From positions 13,392,001 through 13,456,000 of the forward strand of contig OZ296648.1 in the NCBI GenBank assembly GCA_965655095.1: 64,000 nt of DNA. The letters run 5' to 3'. Below, in pieces: positions 37,160-50,290 of the stretch (positions are counted from its first letter, which is position 1; every line of letters starts with the position of its first letter). The position numbers and the translations under genes are program-made. The DNA comes from Haplodiscus bocki. Taxonomy: Eukaryota. The notes under the pieces are model-generated. The model did no database searches. It had not been told where the DNA came from and saw nothing but the letters and a program-made list of their open reading frames with translations.

Positions 37160-39519
37160 TTAGCCCGGAGGAGCCATTGCCGTCATGACATGCGCTTGAG
37201 AAGGCGAAGAAGGCGCTTGGACAAAAATGACACCTTCTTGTTGAACGGTATCGTAAGATGGACATTGGATTGGCTTTACCGTGGGGAACTCGCTGCTGCC
37301 AGAACTTACTAAACTAATTTCCGAAGCAGTTCGGTTCATACCGTGGCCTGTTAGATTTAATTCAATGTCCGAAGTGGTCTCTCGTGCAACTGCCAAAGTC
37401 GATAGAGAAACTGTGCGCTTGATTTTTTCTTCTCGTCCCGGGAAAAGGGAAATTTTCAGGAAAAATAGACCGCACCATAAAGGTGTTTCGCGATGTTGAC
37501 GTTTATAACGATGATAAATACAGACAAAAAGCATATGAAGTACCATTGATCCCAAGAATGATATCAGACTCATTAAAAGGGAATTCTTGATAGACAAATG
37601 GGAATCGAATTCTTTTGCAAGGGACGGACGCATATGAGTCATTTTTGAACTTATTGGACGTGCTATTTTCATACATGTTTCAGGGTCTCGCATTTTAGGG
37701 CTGTAAATTAAATGCTCTCGGACTTTTTTCAGCATTATAAATCCAGCTGCCGATTTTGTCGAAACGTCAAGCATATCATCTACTTCTGGAAGTTCGCTCC
37801 AGCGTTGTTTGAACGGATCTGGGAAATTTACTTTAATTTTGTTTGCCGGAAGCTGCTCGTAAGTTTTCAGGTCCGATCTGATCTTGATGTGTGGACCTAT
37901 CAACTGCTTTCCGCATCCCAGTGTGATAATGCAAACTCTGCATCCAGGATATTTGACGATTCCCGATGAGGTAGTTGAAGCTGTATCGGATTCAAATAGA
38001 GTATGAGCAGTGGTTGCAGACGTTATAAGCCAAACACCAAAACCTAAGTTTTATGCTTTTTCCGTCGCTGGAAGGGCTATTTGTTCTGTATCGCATATCT
38101 GTAATGCTTCTACGCTGCCTTTGAATAAAAGTGTTGCTAAAAAAGATCCATGTCCTGTTTCTGTGGCAATCATGTCTAGGCATATTTGATACCGTGATGA
38201 TCCGATACATCGTGAGAGATCATCTTCTGTCAGATAGGCTGTTTCCATGTTATCTTCTGATATCGCCAAAAATGGCGCTTCCAATTTCCATTTGATTGCC
38301 AAGTCCGATTCCAGTTGAGGCATAGGAAACGCAATTGAACGAAAAACTGTAAATGCAGTTAGTTTCGATGCCAAAGGAATGGCAGTTCGAATTACTAGTC
38401 CTTGGTCTACAGTAATGACGTGTCGTAAAAACTGCGACTCGTAAAAGTATAGTGTTTCATCCATTTGAATCGCTAAAGGAAGTCTCTCCTTGGAGCGACT
38501 TTGTTCCGCAGCGATATTCTCCAGAATCGTTAGGAGCAATTGTCGGGGTACAAGCGACATTGGTAAATAATTGTTCAGAATAGGTTGAATTGAGTTCATC
38601 ATAATAAAACGGTCCGTGTAAAGTGCGCCTCGAAAACTTTTTGTATTTGCGAAAGTAATAGCGAGCAATGAAGAAATAGTGTCATAATTGAAATTGATCA
38701 GGCGGCGCGAGAAAAGTAACTGATCGCAACCTCGTAAGACGTGAATAATGTCTTGAATTACTTTAAAGTGCTCTTCAATGATAATGATTTGCCAGTTACG
38801 TTTTAGAAGTTCAAGCGTTTCCTTTTGAATGGATTTAATTGCAGCAAGTTCGGACGTAACCAAAAAAATTTTATCGTTCATATCGTTTCGTAATTTAAAA
38901 ACATCTTCTGTTAAAGCTTCTGTGAAGTCAGCGAGTTTTTGTATATTTTCTGCATTCCCTTTGGATTTATCATGCCAAGAACCTGAATTTCCTTTAATTC
39001 CACAGAATCTTCCTTCAAGCGCAATTCCGGATCCAAATAGTTCACTTGATGCAAGCGCCATCATCGCAAAAGGCGCTGCCTTCTGTGGTCGATGAATATC
39101 CTGCGCTGCAGTTGCTTCATGGTTTAAAAAAGGTGAACTATAATTGCGAAGAGCGTCAAGCTCTTGTTCTGCAAGGTTAACGTCGTTTTCAACTTGGTGA
39201 AGAAGCCATTCGACTACAAATGTTGAGTCGTTTTTCTGAAAATTTGTCGAATATTCCAAGCGGCACTGCCAGCTAGGGAAAGCCCAGAGCTTTCCAAGTT
39301 TTTTGATGTAGGCACCTAATCAAGCACGTAACTCAAGTTCACACTCTGGAAAGGGGACTAGAAAGTCAACGTTGATGAATTTTTCAGACAGTAAAATTTT
39401 CATAACATGGTTAAGGATGATGCCGTTTTTGAGTACTTTGACTTGAGCTTGTTCTAGGATGATATCCAGAGTCCATTTGACTTGATCCAAGAGAATTGTT
39501 GCAATGCAGGCCAATAGCA
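37160..39519 (-). pseudogene. env: env of element 2 (F-like class I fusion protein), decayed
   Basis: ORFs 39320-39520, 38051-39259 and 37160-37903 are homologous to element 1 env, with the same acceptor (TTTTTCGATTTCAG). The cleavage site has drifted to RPQK|AAPF. Confidence 0.87.
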
Positions 39520-40309
39520 CTGAAATCGAAAAAGTATTCTAAGCGTCCGATCAAAAAAATGTCAATGGCGATTAAAGTTAAAAAGGGAACTTTGTGGATC
39601 CAGCTCCGTTTTGTTTTCTAGTGTTTTGTTTTTGCATCTGTCTATTTTGAGGCTATTTTGAGTGAGGATCTTATATTTGTTCAATTTTTCTTGTTGCCAC
39701 ACTAAGAAAAACAATCGTTTCCAAGTTTTTCCAAGATTTTTCAGAGCAACTGTGAATATTGTGTTTCGAAAAAAATGTCGGAGTACTCAAACTCCTTTGC
39801 TGTCTAAGCAATACATGCTTTGGCAAGGTGTGCGTCTCCAAGATATTCGACGTCTGTCGGTTCGAGTGGGAGGTAGAACTACAAGAAAGCGAGACCAGTC
39901 GTGGCTAATTGTGTGGGTCCTTCTGAGACTAAATGTGCTCTATTGAATCATGCGTCTCCTGCGTTGAGGCGAATGGCAGTTTCACTGAGTTACTGGTAGA
40001 CTTAGTAACTGAAGTGTAGCTTAAATAGGACTAATTCGTTCCCGAGCATTTGAGTTAGAAAATTTTTCGTGTAAAGATATGTATCGTTAGTGTTACCTTG
40101 TTTGCGTTTTCCAACTGAAGAACTCAACTATGCATGGATCACGTAAATTGACCAGCTCAATTTGAACTACTATTTCAGAGAAGGATATATGTACTTGAGA
40201 AATGGCTTTTAAAGAACTCTAGCTGCCATTGGGTTAGCAATTGTCAATTTGTTGCAGTTAGTATTCAATTCGAGAAAGTGGAATTGACTCTGCCGGAATT
40301 CTTACCGTT

Positions 40310-41235
40310 GAACAATATTCTGATTCTGTTAGGAAAACAAATCACACGTAGCAAGAGAAAGAAAAGAATAATGTTTTTGGGTCGTGTAAGGAGAAAGTAC
40401 GAGCAGGAAGTTGCAAAAAGAAAAGATAACACACTTGTTTTTCCCCTAATAAAGTGATTTCTAGTACGTTGTATTAGCAAGAAGGCAAACATAAAGATTA
40501 ATATACAACTTCTTACCAAACGGAGAGAAGAATTAAGTGAAGAGTTTACTTCTAAACAAGGTGAGAAGCCGACAAACAAGCAATTGGGCACCTGTTGAAT
40601 CCCCTGAACTGTTATCAGTTTTGAGTCCTTATTTTTGTGCTTCGTGAAGTCCTAAACTGCGCTAAAGCAGGTAGGTATCGCTGCGTGGTGTAGTCCTCCA
40701 AAAGTCACAGCCACTCAAACAAGGAATTGTGACGGTTAGGGTGGTAAGTAAAGAGAAAACTAAAGTCACAATATTGTGAGAGCGTTCATATTCTCCGAAA
40801 GAGATCATCCGAAACTGTTGCCTCTTTGAGAAAAAACAAGTAGAGCATGAATGCCATCGTGGGTTTTTTTGGAATTTCGGAACTATTTTGGAGTTTTGAA
40901 AAAAAAACTTTCCTACTAGGAAAAAGGAGTTTTGCATTTTTTTTCCTATTTTTGAGTTTAAAAAAAATCCTACTTTGCTCGACTGTCACAAAATTCAAGT
41001 GAGAGCCTTTGGTTTGGCTAAGTTGCTACAACCAAACGTGGGCCTAATCAAGAATGCAAAAGTCTAAGCCAAATTCGTATCGTGGGCGATTTTTGATTTT
41101 TGTTCAAAAAGTTGGAGAAATTGGCCAAAAAAAGTTTTTCTTCTTTCTGACTTTTTCATAAATTCCAAGTGAGAGCGTTTGGTTTGGTTGAGTTTCAACA
41201 TCCAATATTGCGCTGAGTTGAGAAGGCAAAAGTCG
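40310..41235 (+). repeat. Internally deleted duplicate of the JmjC cargo segment (41317-43145 lacking ~41360-42319)
   Basis: 40310-40352 matches 41317-41360 and is joined directly to a match of 42320-43145. 41236-41314 is a copy of env sequence at ~39248-39328. Confidence 0.8.
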
Positions 41236-41314
41236 AATATTCCAAGTGGCACTGCCAGCTAGGGAAAGCCCAGAGCTTTCCAAGTTTTCTTATGTAGGCA
41301 CCTAATTAGGCACG

Positions 41315-42517
41315 TTGTATAATATACTGTTTCTGTTGGGAAAACAAATCACATGTAGTAATGTCGTAAGAAATTTTATTGGATGAAAAGAATATAACAT
41401 ATTTGGAGTGCGAGACTGTGCCTTCTATTAAGGGAAAGAACTGTCATACATGGGCAGATAAAACACAAGAACTGGAAAGAATCAATCTTTCTTCTAATAT
41501 TCGTGGGAATTGGGTGTCCGAGCCTGTTGTTATTAAAAATCGAAAGCTATTTGAAGTGAAGAAGGATTTCGTTGATAACATTGCGGCATGCTAAACAGGC
41601 GTAAGATTGCTTCTTAACGTTAGAAAAAATTGGCAATTTAAAGGTAACGATCGAGTCTATCATGCTCTCAAAACTCATGAACTCAAATTCACGGACGGGT
41701 CAGGTGCATGCTCCTTCAGTTTAGATGGTCTTGTCGAGTATCAGGTGCCACAGATATTGACTCTTACTAAAGTTGTTGGTATTTTTTTCGGCGATTGGTA
41801 TACTGCGGGACATATTGAAACTGGGGGTGATAACATTATCACTCATGTGCCACTGGGTAAAAATATATGCTGATTGCAAAACGAGGCAACGCTTCTCGTC
41901 GACTGGAAACTGTGTTAATTTCTGTGAATTCCATTTTAAATTTATTAGCGAAGCCACCGTCTCCAGCATTGAAAGAAACTCTAAGGTTTTATTTCTCAGA
42001 CCCAAAGTCCTTATTGATTCAACTTGTCCGCTGCTCTCATACCGTTATTACGACAAGTGGTTGTCCGGCATTGGTAGTCGGATTCGAAGAGAAAATGGAA
42101 GCTGTTGGAAAGCCTCGCACTCAGATTTTGCAGTATTATGCAACAGGTTTAGAGCGCCAAAAGAGGAAGTTGTTGTTGAAAAAGTGCTCTGATAAAGAGG
42201 CCCTGACAAAGGTGACAGCTAGGAAAAAGGAAGAAACTGCTTTATATGAGCACCTGGAGTGCCCTCAGCATAACAGGGCGCCAAAACTGAAGCCTGCACG
42301 TGAAATGATGAGGGTTTCTAAGAGAAAGAAAAGAATATTGTTTTTGGGTCGTGTAAGGAGAAAGTACGAGCTGAAGTTGAGAAAAGAAAAGATAACACAC
42401 TTGTATTTCCCCGTAATAAAAAGATTGGCAATAAAAAGTAGTACGTTGTATTGGCAAGAAGGCAAACAAAACCTTAATATAGACCTTCTTACCAAACGGG
42501 GAGAAGAATTGAGTTAA
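41315..42517 (+). pseudogene. JmjC-like Fe(II)/2-oxoglutarate oxygenase (KDM2/KDM7-like), antisense cargo in element 2
   Basis: WYTAGHIETGGDNIITHVPLGK(K)YMLIA parallels KDM2/7 YTDFH(V/I)DFGGTSVWYH...G.K.F.LI. Distal SLLIQLVRCSHTVIT...ALVVG parallels F.IP.GWIHAV.T...FGG. Basic C-terminus. Broken by one stop and frameshifts (ORFs 41379-41594, 41607-41873, 41867-42517). Confidence 0.72.
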
Positions 42518-43429
42518 GAATTTATTTCTAACTAAGGTGAGATGCCGACAAAAAAAATTGGGCACCTGTTGAATCACCTGAACTGTTGTCAGTACTAAGT
42601 TCTTTTTTTTGTGCTTCGTGATTTCCTAAACTACGCTAAAGCAGGTAAGTATCGCTGCGTGGTGTAGTCCTCCAAAAGTCACAGTCATTCAGGCAAGGGT
42701 TTGTGGCGGTTAAGGTGGTAAGTAAAGAGAAACCTAAAGTCACAATTTTGCGAGAGCGTTTATATTCTCCGAAAGAGAGCATCTGAAACTGTTGCCTTTT
42801 TCAAAGAAAACAAGTCGAGCATGAACGCTATTGTGGGTTTTTTTCGAATTTTGGGACTATTTTTGAGTATAAAAGAAAACTTCCTACTTTGCTCGACTGT
42901 CACAAATTTCAAGTGAGAGCGTTCGGTTTGGCTAAGTTGCTACAACCAAACGTGGGCCTAATCAAGAAGGCAAAAGTCTAAGCCACATTCGTGTCGTGGG
43001 CGGTTTTTGATTTTCGTTCAAAAAGTTGGAGAATTTGGCCACACTTATTTTTTTCTATCTGACTTTTTCATAAAGTCCAAGTGAGAGCGTTGGGTTTGGT
43101 TGAGTTTTTACATTCAATATTGGGCTGAGTTGGGAAAGCAAAAGCCTAGGCCGCAATCGTTTTAGGGGGAGTTTTTGATTTTCTTATCAAAATTTCAGAA
43201 AAATTGGAAAAAATTGGTCAATGAGACTAAAAAATTAATAGCATCATATTTTATGGGCTTGTTTGTCCAAGCCATAAAAGGCCAAGGAACTGGAATGGTC
43301 CAGCTGCAATTGTTCAGGGGGTCGTGGGTACCATCTGAAAATTCTATCAGTGTCAGTTTTCCTTCAAATGTTTCCAGCTGTTTGCGTTTCGAGATTTGAA
43401 CTAGAAGCCCTAGTTGAACCTATATTTCT

Positions 43430-43903
43430 TCATATCTACAAAAATTGAGAAGAGAAAAAGGTAAGCGAAACTAAGCTCCAATTATCAAAGACTTTTCTTC
43501 TTGCATAACTATTTTGTCCAAATGTACATTGGGTTAGTTTTTTTGTAATATGAATTTTCTGAAAGTGGTGAGTATTTACTACGACTTGTTGGAAAATTGG
43601 TTGTTCACGTCTTCTTGGTCCCATATCTTCCATCCAAACCATTAAGGCGATTGCTTATAGTTCAACTAAGTGTCGATATTGTGCAGTTTTAAGTAGGCAG
43701 TTACATTCAACCATGTCTGGATAGAAATAAAGGTCATCCAAGAGCATTGTGGCGCCTTCCCAGTAGCTGATTATGACAATCAGTGGGGGGTACTGGAAAG
43801 GGCTCCAAAGGTCATGGACTACCACATAGTGGTTCGTGTCCCAAAGTTTCTCCTGGAGCCAAAGTTTCCAAAACAGTTTGTTCATGGTTGTTGGGAGTTC
43901 CAT
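43430..43903 (-). pseudogene. Accessory ORF-C of element 2
   Basis: ORFs 43655-43903 and 43436-43642 are in one frame and homologous to 18075-18548. Confidence 0.75.
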
Positions 43904-44048
43904 GGGGTCGCTGAAGCTTGTGAGAGTGGTTTTGGTGTGCAGATTCGTAAAATTGAAAAAAAAGTAACTTTGATATGAAATTGTTTTCTCCTTTATGATT
44001 TATTGATTTTCAAAAAGTTATGTTGATCAAAATAAGATCACTTGTCAC

Positions 44049-44350
44049 TTTACAAAACAGTGAAGATTAAATTGCGTCGCTGTGGCTCGTCCATATCGAT
44101 AAGCCACTGCCTAAATTGTTCTAAAGGGTCGTCATCAGCAAAATGACTGGCAGAGGCTATCAGTTCTCTCCACTCAAATGAACGTGGAACAATTTCCATT
44201 ATTCCGTAAATCAAGATTTGGTTCTGATAACGTTAAGTATACAACACAAATCTCGGAGGCTCCAAAAATGTTCGTCAATATGTTTCATGGTAAGGCTATG
44301 GAAAATTTCACAGGTCAAAACTCGATGAGCAAATGACCAGTATAGATTAT
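44049..44350 (-). pseudogene. Accessory ORF-A of element 2
   Basis: NNLYWSFAHRVLTCEIFH...PPRFVLYT...EIVPRSFEWREL...LEQF...QRRNLIFTVL*. It has lost its ATG and carries one frameshift and one stop. Confidence 0.72.
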
Positions 44351-44547
44351 TTACTTTTGCAGCTGATTTTGAGCGTTAGTTAAATTCAAATGTGAAGTAG
44401 GCGTCCGTTTGATCGACTGCTGATAAGAATCATAATTAATTACTTTGCCCGGCTGCTGGCGCCAATGAAGTGATAAGATTTTAACCAAATGTATGTCAAT
44501 CTTTAGGTGACAGTTCAGAGTTCGGTGTGTCACATCTTTTTGGGTTA

Positions 44548-47500
44548 TCAAGGGGGCGGTTTTTGCAGTAACCTTTCAAAAGCTAACTTGCGAGCAGTGC
44601 ACATATGGAACAACCTTCTTTTTGTTTCTTCGTCATTATCGTACTCTTCAGCAATGATCAGACTTGCATTCAATGGATCGCTGTGCCATATTCGTAAAAA
44701 AAGTTTCACACAAATTCCACTGTGTCCAAATACGTGGATTATGTCAGTCAGTATTTTTCTCCTTTGGAGTTTGTCTAATCAACACCCAATTTGCGGTAAG
44801 CTAATGTCTGTTATTCCGTGTTCGAACAAGTGACTTTCCATTCTACATAGGCTTCAATGTAAATTTCGGTAAGCAGGCTTATCATTGCCGTGCTGTTTTG
44901 TCACTAAATTATATATCCAGTTCTGTCGTTGGTGAGAAAAATGTGCTATAAGAGAACCTGGCGGTTAAAGCATTATTCTTTGTCGAATGCCGTTCAAATC
45001 TCAAAAATTGTTTAGCTATTCTTGCTGCTATTACTAAGTCAGATGATACGCTATGTTCAAAATTAGTGTTAGGGTTTTCGAACAGATTTTCTTGTGAAAT
45101 TTCAAGTTTTGGTGGTAGTAAAATATTTATAGTAACAATAAAAGTTTGGTTTAACTGAAAAAGTTTGCGGATGGACATCACAAGAGGATGGCGGTTGACC
45201 TCTATTCGATCGAATTGGATAATGGTTTATCAGAATCGATTTTCCCGGTTTTTGCGTGAAATTTGGAAGTGGGGGTATTGAAGTTACTAGTTTTTGTCGC
45301 GTAGTAGAAGCGATATTCCGTAAGATAGATCTTTTTTGTCCACTGACAGTGGAGTTTTAACTTGTTGCTCAAGGTAAGCATAATAACCTGTTTTCGTTAG
45401 GACTTGGCACGACGGATTTCCGCGATGATAATCACATTGATCAAATCGAATTCTTCGCGATGCTGCCGGGGCTGATTGTGCACTGCTACAATTTATTGGC
45501 ATCCGAGATGGTCTAGTGTTTGCTTGTGTATCGGACATTTCTGTTCTAGTCAATGATTTTTCTTAATTTGTGTTCGATTTAGGAGACCCACCGGGCTCAG
45601 GGCTTTCGGAGTGTACCTGCAATGGAGCCGCTGGTTGAAGAGGCTCTGGAATGAGCTGATTTTCAAATTGTTCTGATGGAGCAGGTTCAGGTGCGGCTTG
45701 TAGTGGCGTGTATTGGTGCTCCTCTGGCTTTGAATTTTGTGCCTTGAGGTGTACTTCTTCTCTAGGTGCGGCTGGAAAAAGTGCTGCACCTCGAATGACA
45801 TGTTCTACCTAATTCGTTTTCTTCGAAATCGGTTTGTCAATGTGAGGTTCGTAAAGGTTACCGTCTCGTAGTAAGTCCTCCAGAGCGTCATCGAACAATT
45901 CACGCTCCGACCTGTTTTTTCCTAAAATAGGGTCGGGTCGGAAGTCATCCATTGTTATTTGGATGTCCTCAACCTTATAAGTAGTTGAAATAGTTCGCAA
46001 CCGGATTCGATGAACACGCTGTGTGTACGGAGTACCAATTTTTCCAATTAAATAAATAGATTTTGTTAAAACTTTCTCTACTCTGTACAGAGAAGTCCAA
46101 ATGGTAGTAGATTTTGCGGCAAAATCACTTTGTGTAAGTAGAGATGGATTCAACAATGAGCAATATTGATGTTGTATCAAAGGTTTTGCAGCTGCTTTTT
46201 TGTCAAATAAGTACGATATTTGTGATACGCATCCAATAGTCTCAGTTTTGTATGTGAAATTTGTTCTAGTAATGAATCTTTCAAGTCGACTGAGTAGTCA
46301 GACGTTAGTTGTTTTTGAGTTAATGCATGGCTTCGAAAGCGTAGATCAATTGGTTTAATTGGTTCACGTCTCTGGGAAAATGAGCTAGGAGTACTGCCAA
46401 TTGATGAATGGTACGACGAGTTATGGATAACGTTGGCTGAGTCAACATTTCGATATCACGTTGTCCATTTTTCATCAGTGTTGAGTTTCAAAACTCGTTT
46501 CAATGCTGCGTGTGATCTTTCAACAACTCCGATTGTTTAAGGGTGCTTCAATGAAGCATGTGTTAGTTGTATTTCAAGAAGTTTTGATAACTCATGAATT
46601 AATTCTGCAACAAAACTAGTACCTAAGTCAGATAAGATTTTGGTAGGAAAGTAACTGTGTTGGAATAATATCGAAACTAAAGCTTTTGCAACTGTACCTG
46701 CATGTGCAGATGTTAAGGGAACTGCGAATAGGTGTTTGGAGAAAACGTCTATTCCTGATAACAAACGTTTGTAAACTGGTGATTGGAATGGTCCAACTAG
46801 GTCTAATTGCATCATGTCACCCAGAAAACGTTGTTCGGATGAAATTGGTAGAAGTAATAGATGCAATTGCTTTTTGGTGACTCGTTTGAGAGTCGAGGAA
46901 GAACGGCAATTTTCGATGTACTCAGTCAAACATTCTGAAAATCCAGGAAAATAGGATCGTTTGCGAAATTCTTTCCTTGTTCTAACAATACCAAGATGTC
47001 CTCCAGTGGGAGAATTATGTGTTCTTTAAATGATTTTATTCCGCAAATGTTTCGGAACACAAACTTGTGAGTGTGATATTTTTCCAATACCGTCAAAAAC
47101 TTGTCGCACTAAAATCTTTATTTGTATGTGTAGTCTCATCAAATGTTTGTGATACTTTTTGAGTTCAAATGAAGCATAATTTAGCTCATCAGTACATCAA
47201 TTTTCTATCCAATACATCACTTTTCTAATCACTGGATCTTTTTTCTGTTCCTCTGGGATATTCAGAGGTTTATCGTTTCTAGTTAAAGTTTCAAAGTTGT
47301 TCAAATGGTCATTTTTTGAATGGGATTGATTTCTGGTGCACATTTCAAGAGATAACCTTCTGAAATGGTATCTTATGATGCAGATGCCAAAAGATCATTC
47401 AAATGAGGAATTCGGTTTCGTGAGGCATGATTTGAGTTTATGATGTTTATAATATCCTCTGATGAAATGTGAGACTGCGGTTCTACTGGGTCTGGTTGAT

Positions 47501-50290
47501 CAGGTTTTATTGCTAATATCGATGCATCAGGAACTTTCGCTTTCATGTCTATCTCAATTTCTTTCATTGGCATGGATTCGTGAGGTTGTGGTTCCAGGCT
47601 TTGAATTGGATCGGTTTGCATTCGCGATAGAAAATCTGCTGCGGCATTTGCTCGACGAGGATTTTGTGCTAGAACTACATTGTAGGCAAAGACTCTGGCC
47701 ATGAAATTCCAAAGTGCTGGATGAAGTGACTTTGATTGAAAAGACCTCGTTAAGCTTTTATTGTCCGTTAGGAGAAATACTGGGGTTTCAGCACCTCAAA
47801 TAGATTGAAAAAAGTAATCTAATGCAAAGTGGAGTGCTAGAAATTCAAGGCAATACGTTGACATTTTCAATTGACCTGCATTAAACATTTGTGTTCTGTG
47901 GGATACAAGTGCGTAGGCTTGTTTTTCCTTTCTGTGTTTTTGTTCTTGATAATCTTCAATCATTAGGACAAGTCCGCTACTATGATATTTTGCGTCACAC
48001 AGGATTGACACACATATTGTTGATCTGGTTGTTTGCTAAAAGTAAAGTCATTTCACTTGCTTTGAGCAAATCTTTCTTTATGGTGTCAAAGTTTTTCAAA
48101 TGGTCATCTTGGATAAGAAGTTCTACCTCATTTCAAAGTTATTTGTACCATGGGTTCAAGTATTGTGATAGATTAGGAGGAAATGAACGGAAACATAATG
48201 TTAAACCAGCTAAATTTTTCACTTGTTTTACAGTAGTTGAAAGTTTTACCGTAATCAGAAACTTTCTTTTTCTTTCTCTGGTTGAAGTCCCTTTGATGTT
48301 ATTGTTTTGCCGAAAAAGTTTGTTGAAGGCATTCCAATTTCACATTTTTGTGGTGTCAATCTTATTCCTGATTTTACGAAGCAATCGAAGAATTGTCTCA
48401 CTGTGGGTACCATTTGTTCAAATGGCTCCACTCAGCATCCGATATCGTCCATATGTTGTGTACATAAGTTGGTTGCTAGACGGGAATCTAGATAAGGTGT
48501 GACAAATGAGCTAAATCCTGTCACTGATTTGTTTAATCTTTGTGCTAATCTCGTGTAGGCGTAAGTTCGTGAGTCAAGGTTGAACGAAAGTAATGGCACT
48601 GATGAGAAGTCTGCCATTTTTACAGAGTGATAAGCTTGAGAGCAATCTAACTTTGTAAACAAAGTCTTTCCTGCAAAGTGATGAACTGCGTCCGTCATGT
48701 TTGATATCGGAAAATTATTGATACTGTAATCATTCCGAAGGAGATGAATAACTCGTCTAAGATCATTCAAAATTCTCAGTTTCTCTGATCACTTGCGTTG
48801 AGCAAATATAGGACTACTATGTTTGGAATATGAGAGGAGCGTCACGATACCATAATATTGCATGAGGCCAAGTTCAACTAAGATTTCATCTCTCAAATGA
48901 ATAGTTGTTGGTGGACTTTGCACGTAAACTGGTAAATCATGATCTCGAGTTAATTTGACCTTCAATTCAGTAATATAGCCTACATCAAATCTATGTTTTG
49001 CAAAAATATCTCTATATTCAACTAATAATTTTTGCATTTCTTGAGTCTGTTCTGCTGTCAGAGCAGACCTCGACCAATGAAATTGTTGTAAAAATATTTC
49101 TCGATTGCTGGAATTCTGTTGAGGATCTAAAGTATCTCTTTGTTGAAACTGTGTAATGTTATCGTAAATTCTTCTCCGTAAACTGGGCAAAATTTCAAGA
49201 TTCGGACAGGTTTCCCGCGTTGCCAACCATATTTTGTCGTACTCCGGTGGTAGAAGTTTCAGTTGATTTTCGCCATGTACTTTTCCTGTACTCAAAATTT
49301 GATATACTCTATTGAAACTTTCTCCATCTTTTATTTTCTCCCATGTTAAAAAATCTGGAACAATTTCAATCACTTCCTCTTCATCTTGGGGTAAAATGAA
49401 TTGGAAAACCGCAATGTCTTTGTTTTTTTGTGATTGTTACATTTTGATCATTTAAATTGTCTACTAAAATTGATATGTTGTTGTCCTTGCCGACTTTTAC
49501 TACGGCTGACGAGAGCTTTATGTCTGTGCTTTCCTCAAATGCTTCATCTGGAATTACAATTTCTGTATGACCTTCCAGTTTCTTCGGAACATATATTTTT
49601 GCGGAAAGATTTTTTTGTTGCTTAGGCTTGATTACATTTCTTTGTTGTAAACAGACCGAATGTTTCGTGTTTTTTGGAATTTTCTTCCTTCCATGACTAG
49701 GAATTTTGATTTCCTATAAATGATAGTTCGCGACGCGGAGTTTGAGTGAGTTTTCCCCAGGACTTGTCCCAATATTGTATTATTGGGAAAACGGGTTGAC
49801 TAAAACAACACTGTTCATTGAACGTAAAATAAGGAAATTGTCGCCGAATTGACGCTCATTTTTTTTGAAATTGAAATCTACTTCTGCTAAGTTTTTTATT
49901 GTACGTCTTGATGCTACCTTCACATTTAAAACTGACGCTAGTTGTAAGTCTGAAACGGAGTTTGGGCATTTTGCTTTCAATTTTCCCCAAAAGTCTGGTG
50001 GCCTTAAATCTGCACATGCTCCAATGTCAATGAGTGCTTTTCGGGGAATTTCGTTTTCAAATTATAATGGAATATACATCAATCTTCTCCTTGAGCAGAA
50101 AAAAAAATTAAGTGCGTTTGAATGTGTGTCATCTGAGAGTGACTGACTTGTCAATGAATCTGTGAAAATAGGGCCAAAATCTAGAAGTGAAACTTCAATT
50201 GCAGAATCTAAAGAAAGAAAATTAGGGTCATGAAAATCTGAGTTTTGTAAATTAAATGGACTGGCTAATATGTGTGGCTCTAAGCGTTTT
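44548..50290 (-). pseudogene. pol: pol of element 2 with C-terminal TARG1-like macrodomain (~44700-45118), heavily decayed
   Basis: Fragments homologous to element 1 PR, RT (KLDCSQAYH, MDDIG), RH, IN (LDLVGP, SDLGTSF) and the macrodomain (HSVSSDLV, WIYNLVTK, SLPQIGC). Confidence 0.92.
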
